This document shows positions 1 through 9,383 of a stretch of 32,184 nucleotides of DNA, one piece after another; position 1 is the first letter of the stretch; each line of letters opens with the position of its first letter. The DNA is taken from positions 1-32,184 of IMG/VR virus record IMGVR_UViG_3300023283_000396; one strand, written 5' to 3'. The position numbers and the translations under genes were made by a program. Source of the stretch: a virus (taxonomy: Duplodnaviria > Caudoviricetes). Under the pieces are notes generated by a model. The model searched no databases and was not told the DNA's origin. It saw nothing but the letters and a program-made list of their open reading frames with translations.

Positions 1-459
1 TCATGGGCACCCCCCGCCTGGGTTGTTGGGCGCGGCGAACATGACCTCGATCGCGCCCTCACAGTTGATCACGCGCCAGGCCCGCACCACCGCGCCGTTG
101 CCGATCGGCTGGAGCTCGACGCCGGCGGGCAGATTGTCTACATCGGTGCCATCGCCCTGGACGCCGGAGCTGGTGTTGTTGGCCTCGATGGTGTTGTACG
201 CCGCACCGCTGTAGCCGTCGGCCTTGTCCTTCCAGCGTCCCTCTTTTTCGAGGGCTTGTTCGGTGACGGTGTAGGTCCAGCGGTTGGCGTGGCCGGAGAT
301 CAGCGACGAGCCGGTGATCTTGGCCCACAGGGTAGAGGAGCTGCCCGCCGCCGCGTTAGGGTGCCGGCCCGCGACCTGGCGTCGTTTTTCGGCGGCGTCG
401 GCGAGGCTGCGTTGGGCCTCGATCAGCTCGTTGGTGCGGGTGGGGATGAGGATGGTCAT
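1..459 (-). CDS. Hypothetical tail-region protein (152 aa, MTILIPTRTNEL...)
   Basis: ATG at 459 overlaps the TGA of the upstream gene (ATGA coupling). The first 39 codons of the 1..576 ORF are off-frame-like and were trimmed. Confidence 0.7.
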   Translation of the reverse strand: MTILIPTRTNELIEAQRSLADAAEKRRQVAGRHPNAAAGSSSTLWAKITGSSLISGHANRWTYTVTEQALEKEGRWKDKADGYSGAAYNTIEANNTSSGVQGDGTDVDNLPAGVELQPIGNGAVVRAWRVINCEGAIEVMFAAPNNPGGGCP

Positions 460-2558
460 GACACTCCCACGGTCAGCTCTTGGGCCGGGTCGGGAGCCAG
501 GGCGTCGGCGACGGTGACGGCGGTGGCGCGGTTGGGGTCTTCGGCCCCGCTGGCGGCCTGGCTGCGGACGCCGCATCGGACTTGGGTGCCGTCGGGGAAG
601 GTGCCCAGGCTCTTGGTGTAGCGGCGTGCCCCGCTCGCGGTGACGGTGTGGTCGATCGAGCCGTAGTCGATCGAGGCGACGCCGGTGGCGACGTAGACGT
701 TGAACTGGGCGGGCGCGGCCGGCTGGCGGTCGGTGCGGTAGGCCCAGACAGCGTTGACCTCGCCGTCGGCCCCGCGCTCGAGCTTGAGCCCGACCGGCGG
801 GTTGGGCGTGGGCAGGATCAGGTCGCCAACGTCGCCGAACGCCACGCGCCGCAGCCGCAGGCCCGCGGTGTCCTCGACGCCGCAGCGGCTGACGGCGCGG
901 GCCTGCACGAACTGCTCACTGCCGTCGGCGTAGCCGTCGAGATCGACGGTGGCCACGTTGGCCGGGACGATGGCGACGAGGGTGTCGGTGGCGTTGCGGG
1001 TCGGCCGCTGGTAGACGTGGTAGCCCTGGCGGGGGAAGGTCACCACGCCCAGCGGGTCGCCGATGACGCGCCACGAGCTGTTGATCACCGGCGCGGCGAG
1101 CAACACCGCCTCGCCCAGGGTCCAGCCGGCCAGCAGGGCGGTGAGCAGCGCGGCGGGGTTGAGCAGCTCGCCGTCGGCCGGGCCGGTGACGTGACCGCCG
1201 GCGACGGCGTAGCCACCGTCGATCGCCGCCTTGACCAGGCCGGACCCGGAACGGAGCGCGGCGGCGGCCGATGTACCGGAGGTCAGCAGCACGGCGCGGG
1301 TCTGGTCGCTGGTGGTCAGCGAGCCGGACGTGGCGTCGGTCAGCTCGACCGCCAGGCCGTGGGCGGAGCCGTCGAACGTGTCGTCACGCTGCAGCCGGAG
1401 GCGTTGCAGGGCGAGGGTGCCGTCCAACGCGGCCGCGTCCGCCCAAGTGGCGGCCGAGAGACCGACGCGGCCCGTGTCCGGGTCGAGAGCGGAGAACTGC
1501 CGCGACGCGGCGTCGGTGGTCTGCAGCGCGTCGATCGACGTGGTGAGGGCCTGGGCATCGGCGAGCGTGGCGGCCGTGATCTCACCGACGGCGTACGCCC
1601 CGGAAGCCCCGCCCCCGGAAGTCAGGCTCGATCGAGCGGGCAGGTCGTCGCTGCCGGTGACGCCGGCCAGGGCGTGGGTGTTGCTGGCGTTTGCTGGGTC
1701 GCCCGGCAGGTCCGCAAGCAGGCTCTGCCACGAGTACTCGACCGAGCTGATGGTGACCACGCCCGGCAGCTTGTGCCCGATCAGGATGCCGTCCACGGTC
1801 AGGCTGTTGTTGGTCAGGTAGTCGGAGAGCTGTGTGACCAGGGCGTCGTGCTCGGCCTGGGTGATGGTCTCGGTCGCCGGGACGCTGGTGAGGCCGCACA
1901 GGTTGGCGTAGGGCACGCCGCGTGCGTCCAGGTAGCTCTGGGCCCAGGCGGCGCTGTCGGCGTCCTGGGCGTCGTACAGGACCAGCCAGCGGGCCGGGTC
2001 GGACAGGTCATCGGACGAGGGCGTGACCCGGACCGGCCCGACGTAGGCGGTTGCGACGAACAGCTCGTCGAGATAGTAGTCGCCGGTGAGCCCGCTGTCC
2101 TTGTGGCTGCAGCCGATGTAGACGCGCTGGGTGCCCAGGCTGCCGAAGCTCCCGGTGGCGGTGGCAGCCTCGACGCCGTGGACGTAGAGCGTGGCCGTGC
2201 CGGACGTGTCCACCTTGAGCTCGATGCAGAGCCAGTCGAGATCGGCGGGCGAGGCGGCCAGCGTGTCGCCGGTGGCCAGGGTGACGGTGATCGCCCGCGT
2301 GTCGAAATCAAGCGCGATCCGCCACACCTCGTAGTCCGCCTCGTCGGTACCGCGGAGCACCGCAGCATTGCCGTTGGCCGCGTCGCCCAAGCCGAGCTCA
2401 ACCCGCACATGCAGCAGCGACTGCTCGTTGCCAAAATCCAGTGCGTTTTCGCGGCCGTCGGGCCCGCTGGCGCAAGCGACCAACAGGCCATGACCGCCGT
2501 CACCCGGCCGGTCAGGAAAAGCCGCCGCCGAATTGTGCGGGTCAAGCACGACGCTCAT
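456..2558 (-). CDS. Putative tail adsorption protein: LamG-like N-terminus, TIGR03790-like domain and FN3-like C-terminus (700 aa)
   Basis: LYVHG...YLDELFV (LamG-like); LVLYD..DS...A..Y...RGVP..N and G.TLGEA...A.P...SW..IGDPL (TIGR03790-like); PNPP..L...W...FNVY (FN3). ATGA-coupled on both sides. Confidence 0.7.
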   Translation of the reverse strand: MSVVLDPHNSAAAFPDRPGDGGHGLLVACASGPDGRENALDFGNEQSLLHVRVELGLGDAANGNAAVLRGTDEADYEVWRIALDFDTRAITVTLATGDTLAASPADLDWLCIELKVDTSGTATLYVHGVEAATATGSFGSLGTQRVYIGCSHKDSGLTGDYYLDELFVATAYVGPVRVTPSSDDLSDPARWLVLYDAQDADSAAWAQSYLDARGVPYANLCGLTSVPATETITQAEHDALVTQLSDYLTNNSLTVDGILIGHKLPGVVTISSVEYSWQSLLADLPGDPANASNTHALAGVTGSDDLPARSSLTSGGGASGAYAVGEITAATLADAQALTTSIDALQTTDAASRQFSALDPDTGRVGLSAATWADAAALDGTLALQRLRLQRDDTFDGSAHGLAVELTDATSGSLTTSDQTRAVLLTSGTSAAAALRSGSGLVKAAIDGGYAVAGGHVTGPADGELLNPAALLTALLAGWTLGEAVLLAAPVINSSWRVIGDPLGVVTFPRQGYHVYQRPTRNATDTLVAIVPANVATVDLDGYADGSEQFVQARAVSRCGVEDTAGLRLRRVAFGDVGDLILPTPNPPVGLKLERGADGEVNAVWAYRTDRQPAAPAQFNVYVATGVASIDYGSIDHTVTASGARRYTKSLGTFPDGTQVRCGVRSQAASGAEDPNRATAVTVADALAPDPAQELTVGVS

Positions 2559-3301
2559 TCGGGGATCTCCAGTACTTGCGCGGCGGTCAGCGCCTGCGGC
2601 CAGAGCCGCATCCAGGCATAGGTGACGGGTGAAGAGTTGGTGGTAAAGTACGTGGAACTACGGGCGATGTCAGACGCGTTAATGCCGAGCGGCATGCCAT
2701 CCGTGCCAATAGTGTCGAATCCCGCGTCTCTTAAGCCCGTACCTGCCGCGAGCTGGGTATCGACCGCGACACCTTCGTGCCAAAACGTCACGTCGCCAGC
2801 CGCGTTGACGGTTATGCCATACGTGACCATCTGGCTGTACAGCACGTCGGCGGCGGAAATGACAATGGCGTTCTGGTAGTTGGACAGATGCAGTTTGTTG
2901 TTGGAATTGGCACGAAAACGGAATCCATGAGAGTTGGCGCGGTTACCGGTGAATTCGATATTAGAACCGATCCCTGCGGCATCGATATTGCACCTCACGA
3001 AGCACGAAAACTCACCGTCGTTGCTGATGACCTGCGGCACGCCGTTGGCCACATCTGGTTCGCCGTAGCGGTACTCGCCGGACCCAAAGGTCGCGGTGCC
3101 GCTGCCCCATGTAATCGCCCCAGGCCCGTTATCCAGGTCATACCCAAAGGAGCCCGAGTCGGTGAACACACTGCCGCTGCCCTCGTTGCACTCCCACGCG
3201 ACCAGTGGCTGAGGGACCACGACCGCAGCCACATCACCCTGCTCGAACTCGGCCCAGCCCGGCAGCTCAAAGTCCACGTGTTTTGGCAGCGGTGTCACCA
3301 T
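2555..3301 (-). CDS. LamG/concanavalin A-like lectin domain protein, candidate receptor-binding protein (248 aa)
   Basis: LVAW.CNEGSGS...DSG...YD start and MRLW..ALT..QV end typical of Laminin_G_3 domains. Core is lower in GC. Confidence 0.72.
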   Translation of the reverse strand: MVTPLPKHVDFELPGWAEFEQGDVAAVVVPQPLVAWECNEGSGSVFTDSGSFGYDLDNGPGAITWGSGTATFGSGEYRYGEPDVANGVPQVISNDGEFSCFVRCNIDAAGIGSNIEFTGNRANSHGFRFRANSNNKLHLSNYQNAIVISAADVLYSQMVTYGITVNAAGDVTFWHEGVAVDTQLAAGTGLRDAGFDTIGTDGMPLGINASDIARSSTYFTTNSSPVTYAWMRLWPQALTAAQVLEIPE

Positions 3302-3307
3302 GGTTAA

Positions 3308-3667
3308 TCAGACGGTGCCGAGTTTGTCCATCAGGGCCTTGAGCTGCGCGCCGTCCAGCGGGTCATTGCCCAGCGGCGTCTTGGTGGCGTCGCCGGCCGC
3401 CGTCTGTCCCAGGAGGAACGCGACGTTGTCCGCGACGGTGATCTCCTCGAGATAGACGCTGCGCTGCTGAGCGTTGCCGCCGTTGTGCATCAGGCTGTCC
3501 GCGTCGTTGGTGTCATCCTCGGCGACCTTCGCGGCGACCTCGGCCTGCACGTCGGCGTTGGCCGCGTAGTAGCTCAAGTCCTCGAGGTAGGCGACGGTGG
3601 CCCGGACCATGGCCTTGCGGTCCTGGTTGAGCTTGGTGGCGTGGTTGGTGAGTTTGGTGGTGGCCAT
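3308..3667 (-). CDS. Hypothetical protein (119 aa)
   Basis: AAAGGAG Shine-Dalgarno before the ATG, GC3-rich codons, within the late operon. Confidence 0.8.
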   Translation of the reverse strand: MATTKLTNHATKLNQDRKAMVRATVAYLEDLSYYAANADVQAEVAAKVAEDDTNDADSLMHNGGNAQQRSVYLEEITVADNVAFLLGQTAAGDATKTPLGNDPLDGAQLKALMDKLGTV

Positions 3668-3720
3668 GAGTCGTTGCTCCTTTGGGTTGGCTGCTTAAAG
3701 GCGGATGCCGCCTGGGAAAA

Positions 3721-3740
3721 CTTCCGGGGAATTCCGGGGG
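3721..3740 (-). repeat. Two tandem CCCCGGAA(T/G) units directly after a stop codon
   Basis: + strand cttccggggaattccggggg; same unit as at 9384-9421 and 11903-11928. Confidence 0.85.
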
Positions 3741-4541
3741 TTAGGGTGCGGCGTGGGTGACGTCGAGCTCGGCCGAGTAGTCGGCGTTGATCGGGTGCAT
3801 GGGCGCGGGCCCGATGCGGACGGTGACGGTCTCGGCGGTGGCGTCGGTCAGGTCGATCTCAAACAGCCCGTCCGTGTGCGACTGAAACACCAGGTCTTCG
3901 CCCGCGGTGATCGTCTCGACGAGCGTGGTGTTGCCGGCGGCGGCGATCGAGGCGTTGGTCACCGCGTCGTAGTCGCCGTCGTCGCAGACGCGGACACGCA
4001 GGTAGTCGGTGCCGCCGATCGCCTGGACGTGGATGCGCGAGGCCGAGCCGGTGTCACCCTGGGTTTCGAGGCTGATGACATATCCCGGGGTCTTGACCAT
4101 CAGCACGTCGTCGAATCGGCGGTCGGTGACGGCGGTGATCTCACCGGCCGAGAGCGTGACCTCGCCCAGCTTGATGTGCTGGGTGGCGGGCCAGCCCACG
4201 GCGTCGGTGCCGGCGGAGATGGTGAGCGTGCCGCTGTTGTCGTAGGCCCAGACGTAGGCGGTGTCGTTGTTGTAGGCCGAGAGATCGACCGTGCCGCCGG
4301 CGTAGCTGAGCACCTTGCCGCCGATCTGGCACCGGCCGGGCATGACCTGGATGTTCGCGGCGGTCGCCTCCTCCTTGACCATCAGGTCCGACGCGCTGGC
4401 CAGGTCCAGGTGTTTGAGGTTGCGGATGACCTCGGTCCAGTGCGGCTGCGTGGCGGCGGGGATGGCCAGCATGCCGGTCCGCGGGAACCGTGTGCCCGAG
4501 AGTGCGTTTGCTTCGGCGGTGGTGAGGTCTTTAACGGTCAT
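3741..4541 (-). CDS. Putative tail fibre/baseplate-associated protein (266 aa)
   Basis: V.PG...IGG...YAGG.V and IKLGEVT..AG.IT.VTD.R segments resemble N-terminal anchoring domains of phage tail fibres; position in the tail module. Confidence 0.6.
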   Translation of the reverse strand: MTVKDLTTAEANALSGTRFPRTGMLAIPAATQPHWTEVIRNLKHLDLASASDLMVKEEATAANIQVMPGRCQIGGKVLSYAGGTVDLSAYNNDTAYVWAYDNSGTLTISAGTDAVGWPATQHIKLGEVTLSAGEITAVTDRRFDDVLMVKTPGYVISLETQGDTGSASRIHVQAIGGTDYLRVRVCDDGDYDAVTNASIAAAGNTTLVETITAGEDLVFQSHTDGLFEIDLTDATAETVTVRIGPAPMHPINADYSAELDVTHAAP

Positions 4542-4563
4542 TTAATGAGCCTTTCAACGGCGG

Positions 4564-5058
4564 TCAAACATCGCCGGATGCGGTCCAGGTCAGTCGTGCT
4601 TGGCGGGCGCTGCCCGTGCTGGTGATGGTCAGTTGCGTGGCCCCGGCCGGCGGGTCGCTCAGGGCCGCGACGGCCTCGGCGACGGCGGCCTGGTTGCCCG
4701 GCGCGTCGCGCGTGACCACGCCCACGGGCACGGCGGCGCAGACGTCGTCGGGGTTGACGGTGATGTCCAGCTCGACGCGGGGCAGGTTGTTGAGGCCAAA
4801 CGCGCCGTCCCCGAACGCGCCCCGGCCGAACCCGTAGCCCTGCTGCGAGTAGCCAAACGGTGCCTCGCCGAACCCGTCCTGCCCAAAGCCACCGCGGGTG
4901 CCGGTCTGTCGCCAGGCCGGCTCCGTGAGCTTGGTCTCACCACCGGCCGGGCTGGATGACGCCAGGCTGGCTGCGCCCTCATCGCCGACCCGGACGAGCA
5001 GGTCGTCGGCGTAGGCCCAGTCGATGTCCTGCAGGATGCTCAGTGACACATCAGCCAT
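4564..5058 (-). CDS. Tail-tip protein with xxFG glycine-aromatic repeats (164 aa)
   Basis: GGFGQDGFGEAPFGYSQQGYGFGRGAFGDGAFG; TGATG coupling with the upstream gene. Confidence 0.7.
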   Translation of the reverse strand: MADVSLSILQDIDWAYADDLLVRVGDEGAASLASSSPAGGETKLTEPAWRQTGTRGGFGQDGFGEAPFGYSQQGYGFGRGAFGDGAFGLNNLPRVELDITVNPDDVCAAVPVGVVTRDAPGNQAAVAEAVAALSDPPAGATQLTITSTGSARQARLTWTASGDV

Positions 5059-7370
5059 CAGGGCGTCCCCCCCGTCTGCAGCACGCGGTCTTCGAGGGCG
5101 ATGCGGATGCCCTGCTGCTCATCGGGGGCCAGCGTGTAGGTCAGCGACGCGACGTTGGGGTAGCGGCTGGTCGATCCGGCCGACGTGGCGAAGCTGTAGC
5201 CGCGCCCGCGGATGCCCACGATGCGGTCGCCCACGCGGTACTGGCCCAGGGCCGGCAGCCAGGTAAAGGCGTCGGCCGCGAGACGCAGGCCCTCGAGCTG
5301 GTCGCGGCGACGCTCGGCGTAGGCCCGTACCAGCGTGTAGTACTCGGGGTCGGACCCGTCCCCGGAGAGGTCGACCGTGATGCCCGCGACCTTGGTCCAC
5401 GCGGTGTTGCCCAGGCCGGTCGTCGCCGGGGCCGCCCAGACGTCCTCGACGTCCACGTTGATGACCTGCATGCGCGGATAAACCGAGCCGCTGCTGGCCT
5501 GACGGGCGGCGTAGTACAAGGGGGCGTGGTCGGCCTCGATCGCCGCCGTCACGCGGAAGCGCAGGTCCTGCGTCTCGATCAGCTTCCACCAGCTGTCTTC
5601 GTAGGCGATCGGGCCGCTCGTGCCCAGGTTGCCGGCGTTGACCGTGGCCAGGTTGGCGCAGCGCGGGTCGGTCAGCGTGATGCCGCAGAGGTTGCGCTCG
5701 ACGCGGAACTCCAGCTCGATCACCCGCCAGGTGGAGCCGGCGTCCTCGCTGACCTCCAGCACGTAGTCCCGCCCGACGTTTGCGAAGGCGTAGCTCCGCA
5801 GCGGCTGCAACCGTCGTATGCGGCGGGACCACTTCATGGGGACGACCGTGCCCAGCAGCTCGTCCCGCTCGGTGCGGATGCCTGAGCCCTCCTCGTTGAG
5901 GCCCAGCTCGGTCACAAAATCAAAGCCCGCCTCGTCGTGCTGGTAGCCGCCGCTGCTGTACCCGCCCGTGTAGCCGCCCTGGCAGTCCAGGCCCCACAGC
6001 CGGCCGACGTGGCCGTAGTCGCCAAACTCATCGCCCCCGACAACATGACGCTTGTGGTACGTAGAGTTGGCCAGCTTGTCGTCGGTGACGCCCTGGAGGT
6101 CGCCGTCGCTGGCGTCCTCGGTCCAGTCGCCCTCGCCCCAGATCGGCTTGAGCCCGAGCGTGCACTCGATCGCGGTGCGGCCGGCGGCGAGCACCGCGTT
6201 GCGCACCTCGCGGCCGTCCTTGAGCCCCGACACCTTGCTGACGTTGTTCTGGGCCAGCATCGCCTCGGCCGAGTTGTAGCTGGTCCCGCGTTTAGCCAGG
6301 TTGAAGGTCTTGAGCGTGCCGGTGTTTTTACGCCAGAGGCGCAGGACCCAGTCGCGGTCGTACTGCGTCGCCCCCCCGGAAGAAAGCTCCTCGTCGTCGA
6401 GCCTCACGCCCGGCTCCACCGCAAACTCGAACCCGCCGGCGTCGCAGATCGCCTGGAGCGCCCCCAGCGGCCCCAGGCCGTGGACCTTGGTCTCGGGCAG
6501 CCGGTCGTTGATCCCGGCGTAGCGCCCGTTGTAGCCGGTCTCTTCGCCCTCGCCCGACAGCACGGCGATCAGCTCGCGGTCGATGTCGATAAAGCGGCTG
6601 ACCGCGCCGCGATCGGCCGTGCCCAGCACCCAGTAGATCAGCACCGATCGGATCGCGTCCCGCACCGTCCAGTACGCCCCCCGCGGGTCGTCGTCGTGCG
6701 TGAACGGCGAGCCGGCCATCCCGCTGAACTGGGTGATCGGCGTGGTGATCGCGTTGGTCGCGTCGCGGTTGGGCCGGCCCCGGAAGTTGAACACCACCGG
6801 CAGGGCGATCGACTCGCCCTGGATGATCGGCGTCGCCTGCCCACCCTCTACGCCCTCGCCCCCCTCAGTCGTCGCGAAGGCGTCGGCCATCCACCGGTAC
6901 CACAGCATCGTCGCGGGGTACAGCTCCGGCAGCGTGGGCAGCGCGAACGCCGCCATGCGGGCCGACTCGATGTCGCGGCCGCCGTCGGCCTGGGCGGTGA
7001 ACGGGTGGCGCGACAGCACGCCCTCGAAGATCAGCGTGCCGCTGCCCGGGTCGCCCGTGTCCTGGGCCGAGGCGTCCTCCACCGGGGGGATCACCACGCT
7101 CACCTGGTCGTCGGTGCTGTAGTAGCTGAGCATCTGCTCGAAGCCCAGATCGCTCTGCGGCGGCAGCGGGATGTAGGTAAACGACGCCTCCGCCACGCGG
7201 CCGCCCTTGTAGTGAGTAACCGAGTCGCACCGCAGCGCGTCGTCCAGGACCCAGCCGCTGCGGTCCGCCCCGTCCAGCACCGCGCCGCCGTCCACCGCCC
7301 GGCGCACATACACCAGCGGGGCCAGCGGCCGGAACTGATACGTCGAGATGGGGGCGGCCAGTTGCGTCAC
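5058..7370 (-). CDS. Putative tail hub/tail-tip (Tal/gpD-like) protein (770 aa)
   Basis: Likely GTG start at 7370 in a GTGA overlap. Second gene after the tape measure. LIFEG, L.AICDA.GFEF, VRNAV and YRVGDRI motifs fit a hub fold. Confidence 0.65.
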   Translation of the reverse strand: MTQLAAPISTYQFRPLAPLVYVRRAVDGGAVLDGADRSGWVLDDALRCDSVTHYKGGRVAEASFTYIPLPPQSDLGFEQMLSYYSTDDQVSVVIPPVEDASAQDTGDPGSGTLIFEGVLSRHPFTAQADGGRDIESARMAAFALPTLPELYPATMLWYRWMADAFATTEGGEGVEGGQATPIIQGESIALPVVFNFRGRPNRDATNAITTPITQFSGMAGSPFTHDDDPRGAYWTVRDAIRSVLIYWVLGTADRGAVSRFIDIDRELIAVLSGEGEETGYNGRYAGINDRLPETKVHGLGPLGALQAICDAGGFEFAVEPGVRLDDEELSSGGATQYDRDWVLRLWRKNTGTLKTFNLAKRGTSYNSAEAMLAQNNVSKVSGLKDGREVRNAVLAAGRTAIECTLGLKPIWGEGDWTEDASDGDLQGVTDDKLANSTYHKRHVVGGDEFGDYGHVGRLWGLDCQGGYTGGYSSGGYQHDEAGFDFVTELGLNEEGSGIRTERDELLGTVVPMKWSRRIRRLQPLRSYAFANVGRDYVLEVSEDAGSTWRVIELEFRVERNLCGITLTDPRCANLATVNAGNLGTSGPIAYEDSWWKLIETQDLRFRVTAAIEADHAPLYYAARQASSGSVYPRMQVINVDVEDVWAAPATTGLGNTAWTKVAGITVDLSGDGSDPEYYTLVRAYAERRRDQLEGLRLAADAFTWLPALGQYRVGDRIVGIRGRGYSFATSAGSTSRYPNVASLTYTLAPDEQQGIRIALEDRVLQTGGTP

Positions 7371-7786
7371 GTCGAGAAGCTCTCCCCGATAGCGAGTTGG
7401 CGGAAACGAAACTCGGTAAAGCGGCGGACCGCGTCGGCCCCACGCGCCTCGATCGGCCCGCGGAACTGGACGCTGATCAACTCCATGTTGGACCACTGCG
7501 AGTTGCCCACGTCCACGGTGCGGTCCGACAGCTCGGCCGTCTTGGCCTGCCACGAGCTGAGCGTGCTGTTGAGGTCGGCGATCGCCTCGGGCACGCTGCC
7601 GCCCGAGCCCTGCAAGAAGCCGGCGACGACCAGGTCCGCGGGCTGCTGGACGCCCTTGCGGACAAACCGCTCGCCGAAGCCGGGGAAAGACAGCTCGACC
7701 CGCGAGACCGGCCGGCCCGGCTGGAAGCGGTGCCGCCAGTCGGCGCGGCTGTTGACGCTGGAGCTGTCGATCTGGAAGGTGCTCAC
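7367..7786 (-). CDS. Putative distal tail (Dit-like) protein (139 aa)
   Basis: Directly after the tape measure, beta-rich, GTGA overlaps at both ends. Confidence 0.6.
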   Translation of the reverse strand: MSTFQIDSSSVNSRADWRHRFQPGRPVSRVELSFPGFGERFVRKGVQQPADLVVAGFLQGSGGSVPEAIADLNSTLSSWQAKTAELSDRTVDVGNSQWSNMELISVQFRGPIEARGADAVRRFTEFRFRQLAIGESFST

Positions 7787-9342
7787 TGGGCCGTCCTCCC
7801 GCTATCGACAAACGCCGGGTCGGCCGCGTTGTTGAACTGCTGGCCGACCACGTTGAAGTTGTTGACCACCGTGCCGGGGGTGGCGTCTTCGTACGCGCGG
7901 CCGATGCCGGAGACGTCCAGGTTGGGGCCGCCTTCAACTTGGCTCTGAAGGCTCGGGGCGGGCGGCGCGAACAGACCAAACAGCCGGCCGTCACTTGTGT
8001 CGGTGGGCGTGGCGATCTTCGCTGCGTCGACCGGGTCAAACCCTACACCCACAAGGGTGTCGTAAAGACCCCGCTCCGCAGCCTGAAGAAAAGGAGGCAG
8101 CGAATCTTGCCTCAGTTGCTGCTCTTCCAAAAGCGCACGGACTAGCTTCGCACGCTGGCCGTCGGTGCGGGAGGCGCGAATGTCCTGGACTCGGGCGGCA
8201 GCCTGGTCGGTCTGCAATCGCAACGCCTGCTGCCGGTCGGCCCGAAAGATGTTGTTGATCGCCTCCTGCGTCAAGTCACTGTCGCCCTGGGTGGCCTCAA
8301 AGATCGAGCCGATGTTGCGGTTGTACTGGTCCTGCTGAGTGAGCGCGGCGAAGGTGGCGAAGTTTTCGCGCCCGAAGAGCGTCGTGATCTGTTCGGTGTT
8401 GAGGTCAGCGTCACGCAGCGCGTTGAGCTGGTTAATGACACCGCTGCCCGGTGCCGCCCCCGCGCCTTGAAGGATCTCCGCGCCGGCCGGCGTCACGCCG
8501 CCGGCCAGGATCGTGAGGATGTTGCGAAGGCTGGTGGGGCCCTGCTCCTCGTTGGCGGTGAGGGCAGACACCAGGAGCCCGGACGTTTGCTCGGCGGTCA
8601 GGCCGACCGTCTGGCCCACGGCCAAGGCGGCGGGAAGGCTGCCCTCCAGGACCGTCGGCGACGCGGCGGGCGAGAGCTCCTGCGTCTTGCGGATGATGTT
8701 CTGGAGCCGCTCGGGGTCATCCACAAACTGCGACCCGCGCGCGAAGAGGCCCACCAGCTGCGATGGAGACGTGGACGTCGTCAGGCTGGTCTCCACCAGC
8801 TGCTCAAACAGGTCGATGCGCTGCTGATCACCCAGGCCAGCTGTCTTGGACTTGAGGTTGGCAAAAGCGCCCGCCAAGTCAACCTGGGCTTCATCCCCCC
8901 CCACCAGCTCACTGGCCGCCCGCACCGCCGCCAACTCCTGCGGGTTATATCCCTGGTTGAGGAACTGCAGGTCGAGCTGGGCCCGCTTGAGGTCGTTGGC
9001 CGCGCGGGCGTTGCGCTCGAGATCTTCGGTGTTAGCGCGGATCGCCTGGCTGAGGATGCCGAAGCTCGCGGCTCCGGCGATCAGCCCCCCCAGGGAGCTT
9101 TGCAGGCCCTTGTAGGCGCGGGTTAGTAGGCCGACCTTTTTGCTCGACTCGCCCGACCGCCGGCCGGCCTCGCTGGCGGCTTCGCCGAACCGGCGCTGCT
9201 TGCCACTGGCCTCGTCGGCCTCCTTGCCCATACGGTCGGTGTTGCGCGCGGTCTCTTCCTGCTCTTTCTGGATCCGCTCCAGCTCGCGCAGGGCCTCGTC
9301 GCCCTCGACCGTGTACCTGGTTTTGATCTCTTCGTTGGCCAT
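7783..9342 (-). CDS. Tail tape measure protein, short (519 aa)
   Basis: MANEEIKTRYTVEG N-terminus, long helical Ala/Leu/Gln-rich body, G...GTSLRNIL-like motif (GPTSLRNIL), VVNNFNV tail, position after the tube gene. Confidence 0.85.
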   Translation of the reverse strand: MANEEIKTRYTVEGDEALRELERIQKEQEETARNTDRMGKEADEASGKQRRFGEAASEAGRRSGESSKKVGLLTRAYKGLQSSLGGLIAGAASFGILSQAIRANTEDLERNARAANDLKRAQLDLQFLNQGYNPQELAAVRAASELVGGDEAQVDLAGAFANLKSKTAGLGDQQRIDLFEQLVETSLTTSTSPSQLVGLFARGSQFVDDPERLQNIIRKTQELSPAASPTVLEGSLPAALAVGQTVGLTAEQTSGLLVSALTANEEQGPTSLRNILTILAGGVTPAGAEILQGAGAAPGSGVINQLNALRDADLNTEQITTLFGRENFATFAALTQQDQYNRNIGSIFEATQGDSDLTQEAINNIFRADRQQALRLQTDQAAARVQDIRASRTDGQRAKLVRALLEEQQLRQDSLPPFLQAAERGLYDTLVGVGFDPVDAAKIATPTDTSDGRLFGLFAPPAPSLQSQVEGGPNLDVSGIGRAYEDATPGTVVNNFNVVGQQFNNAADPAFVDSGRTAQ

Positions 9343-9383
9343 GGGCTTGGATTACAAAACTTCAGCGGGGAACTTCGGGCGGA

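Noticed and set aside
480-2621. Long + strand ORFs opposite the late genes (also 5937-7835, 13259-15112, 16041-17072) and - strand ORFs opposite MuA/MuB (27445-28341, 29781-31286)
   Set aside because: Antisense shadows of GC3-rich genes: no motifs, and fully overlapping well-supported CDSs.
3697-3713. AGGCGG-cat-CCGCCT hairpin as a terminator
   Set aside because: Short stem, 3-nt loop and a minimal U-tract; too weak to call.
1-4541. Diversity-generating retroelement or invertible tail-fibre segment
   Set aside because: No reverse transcriptase, invertase, TR/VR pair or flanking inverted sites seen. A system outside the window cannot be excluded.
7371-8039. N-terminal 223 aa of the 993-aa ORF (likewise the upstream parts of 10316..11464, 11644..12252 and 31456..32184)
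   Set aside because: Off-frame overlap with real upstream genes; coupled internal starts explain the true proteins.
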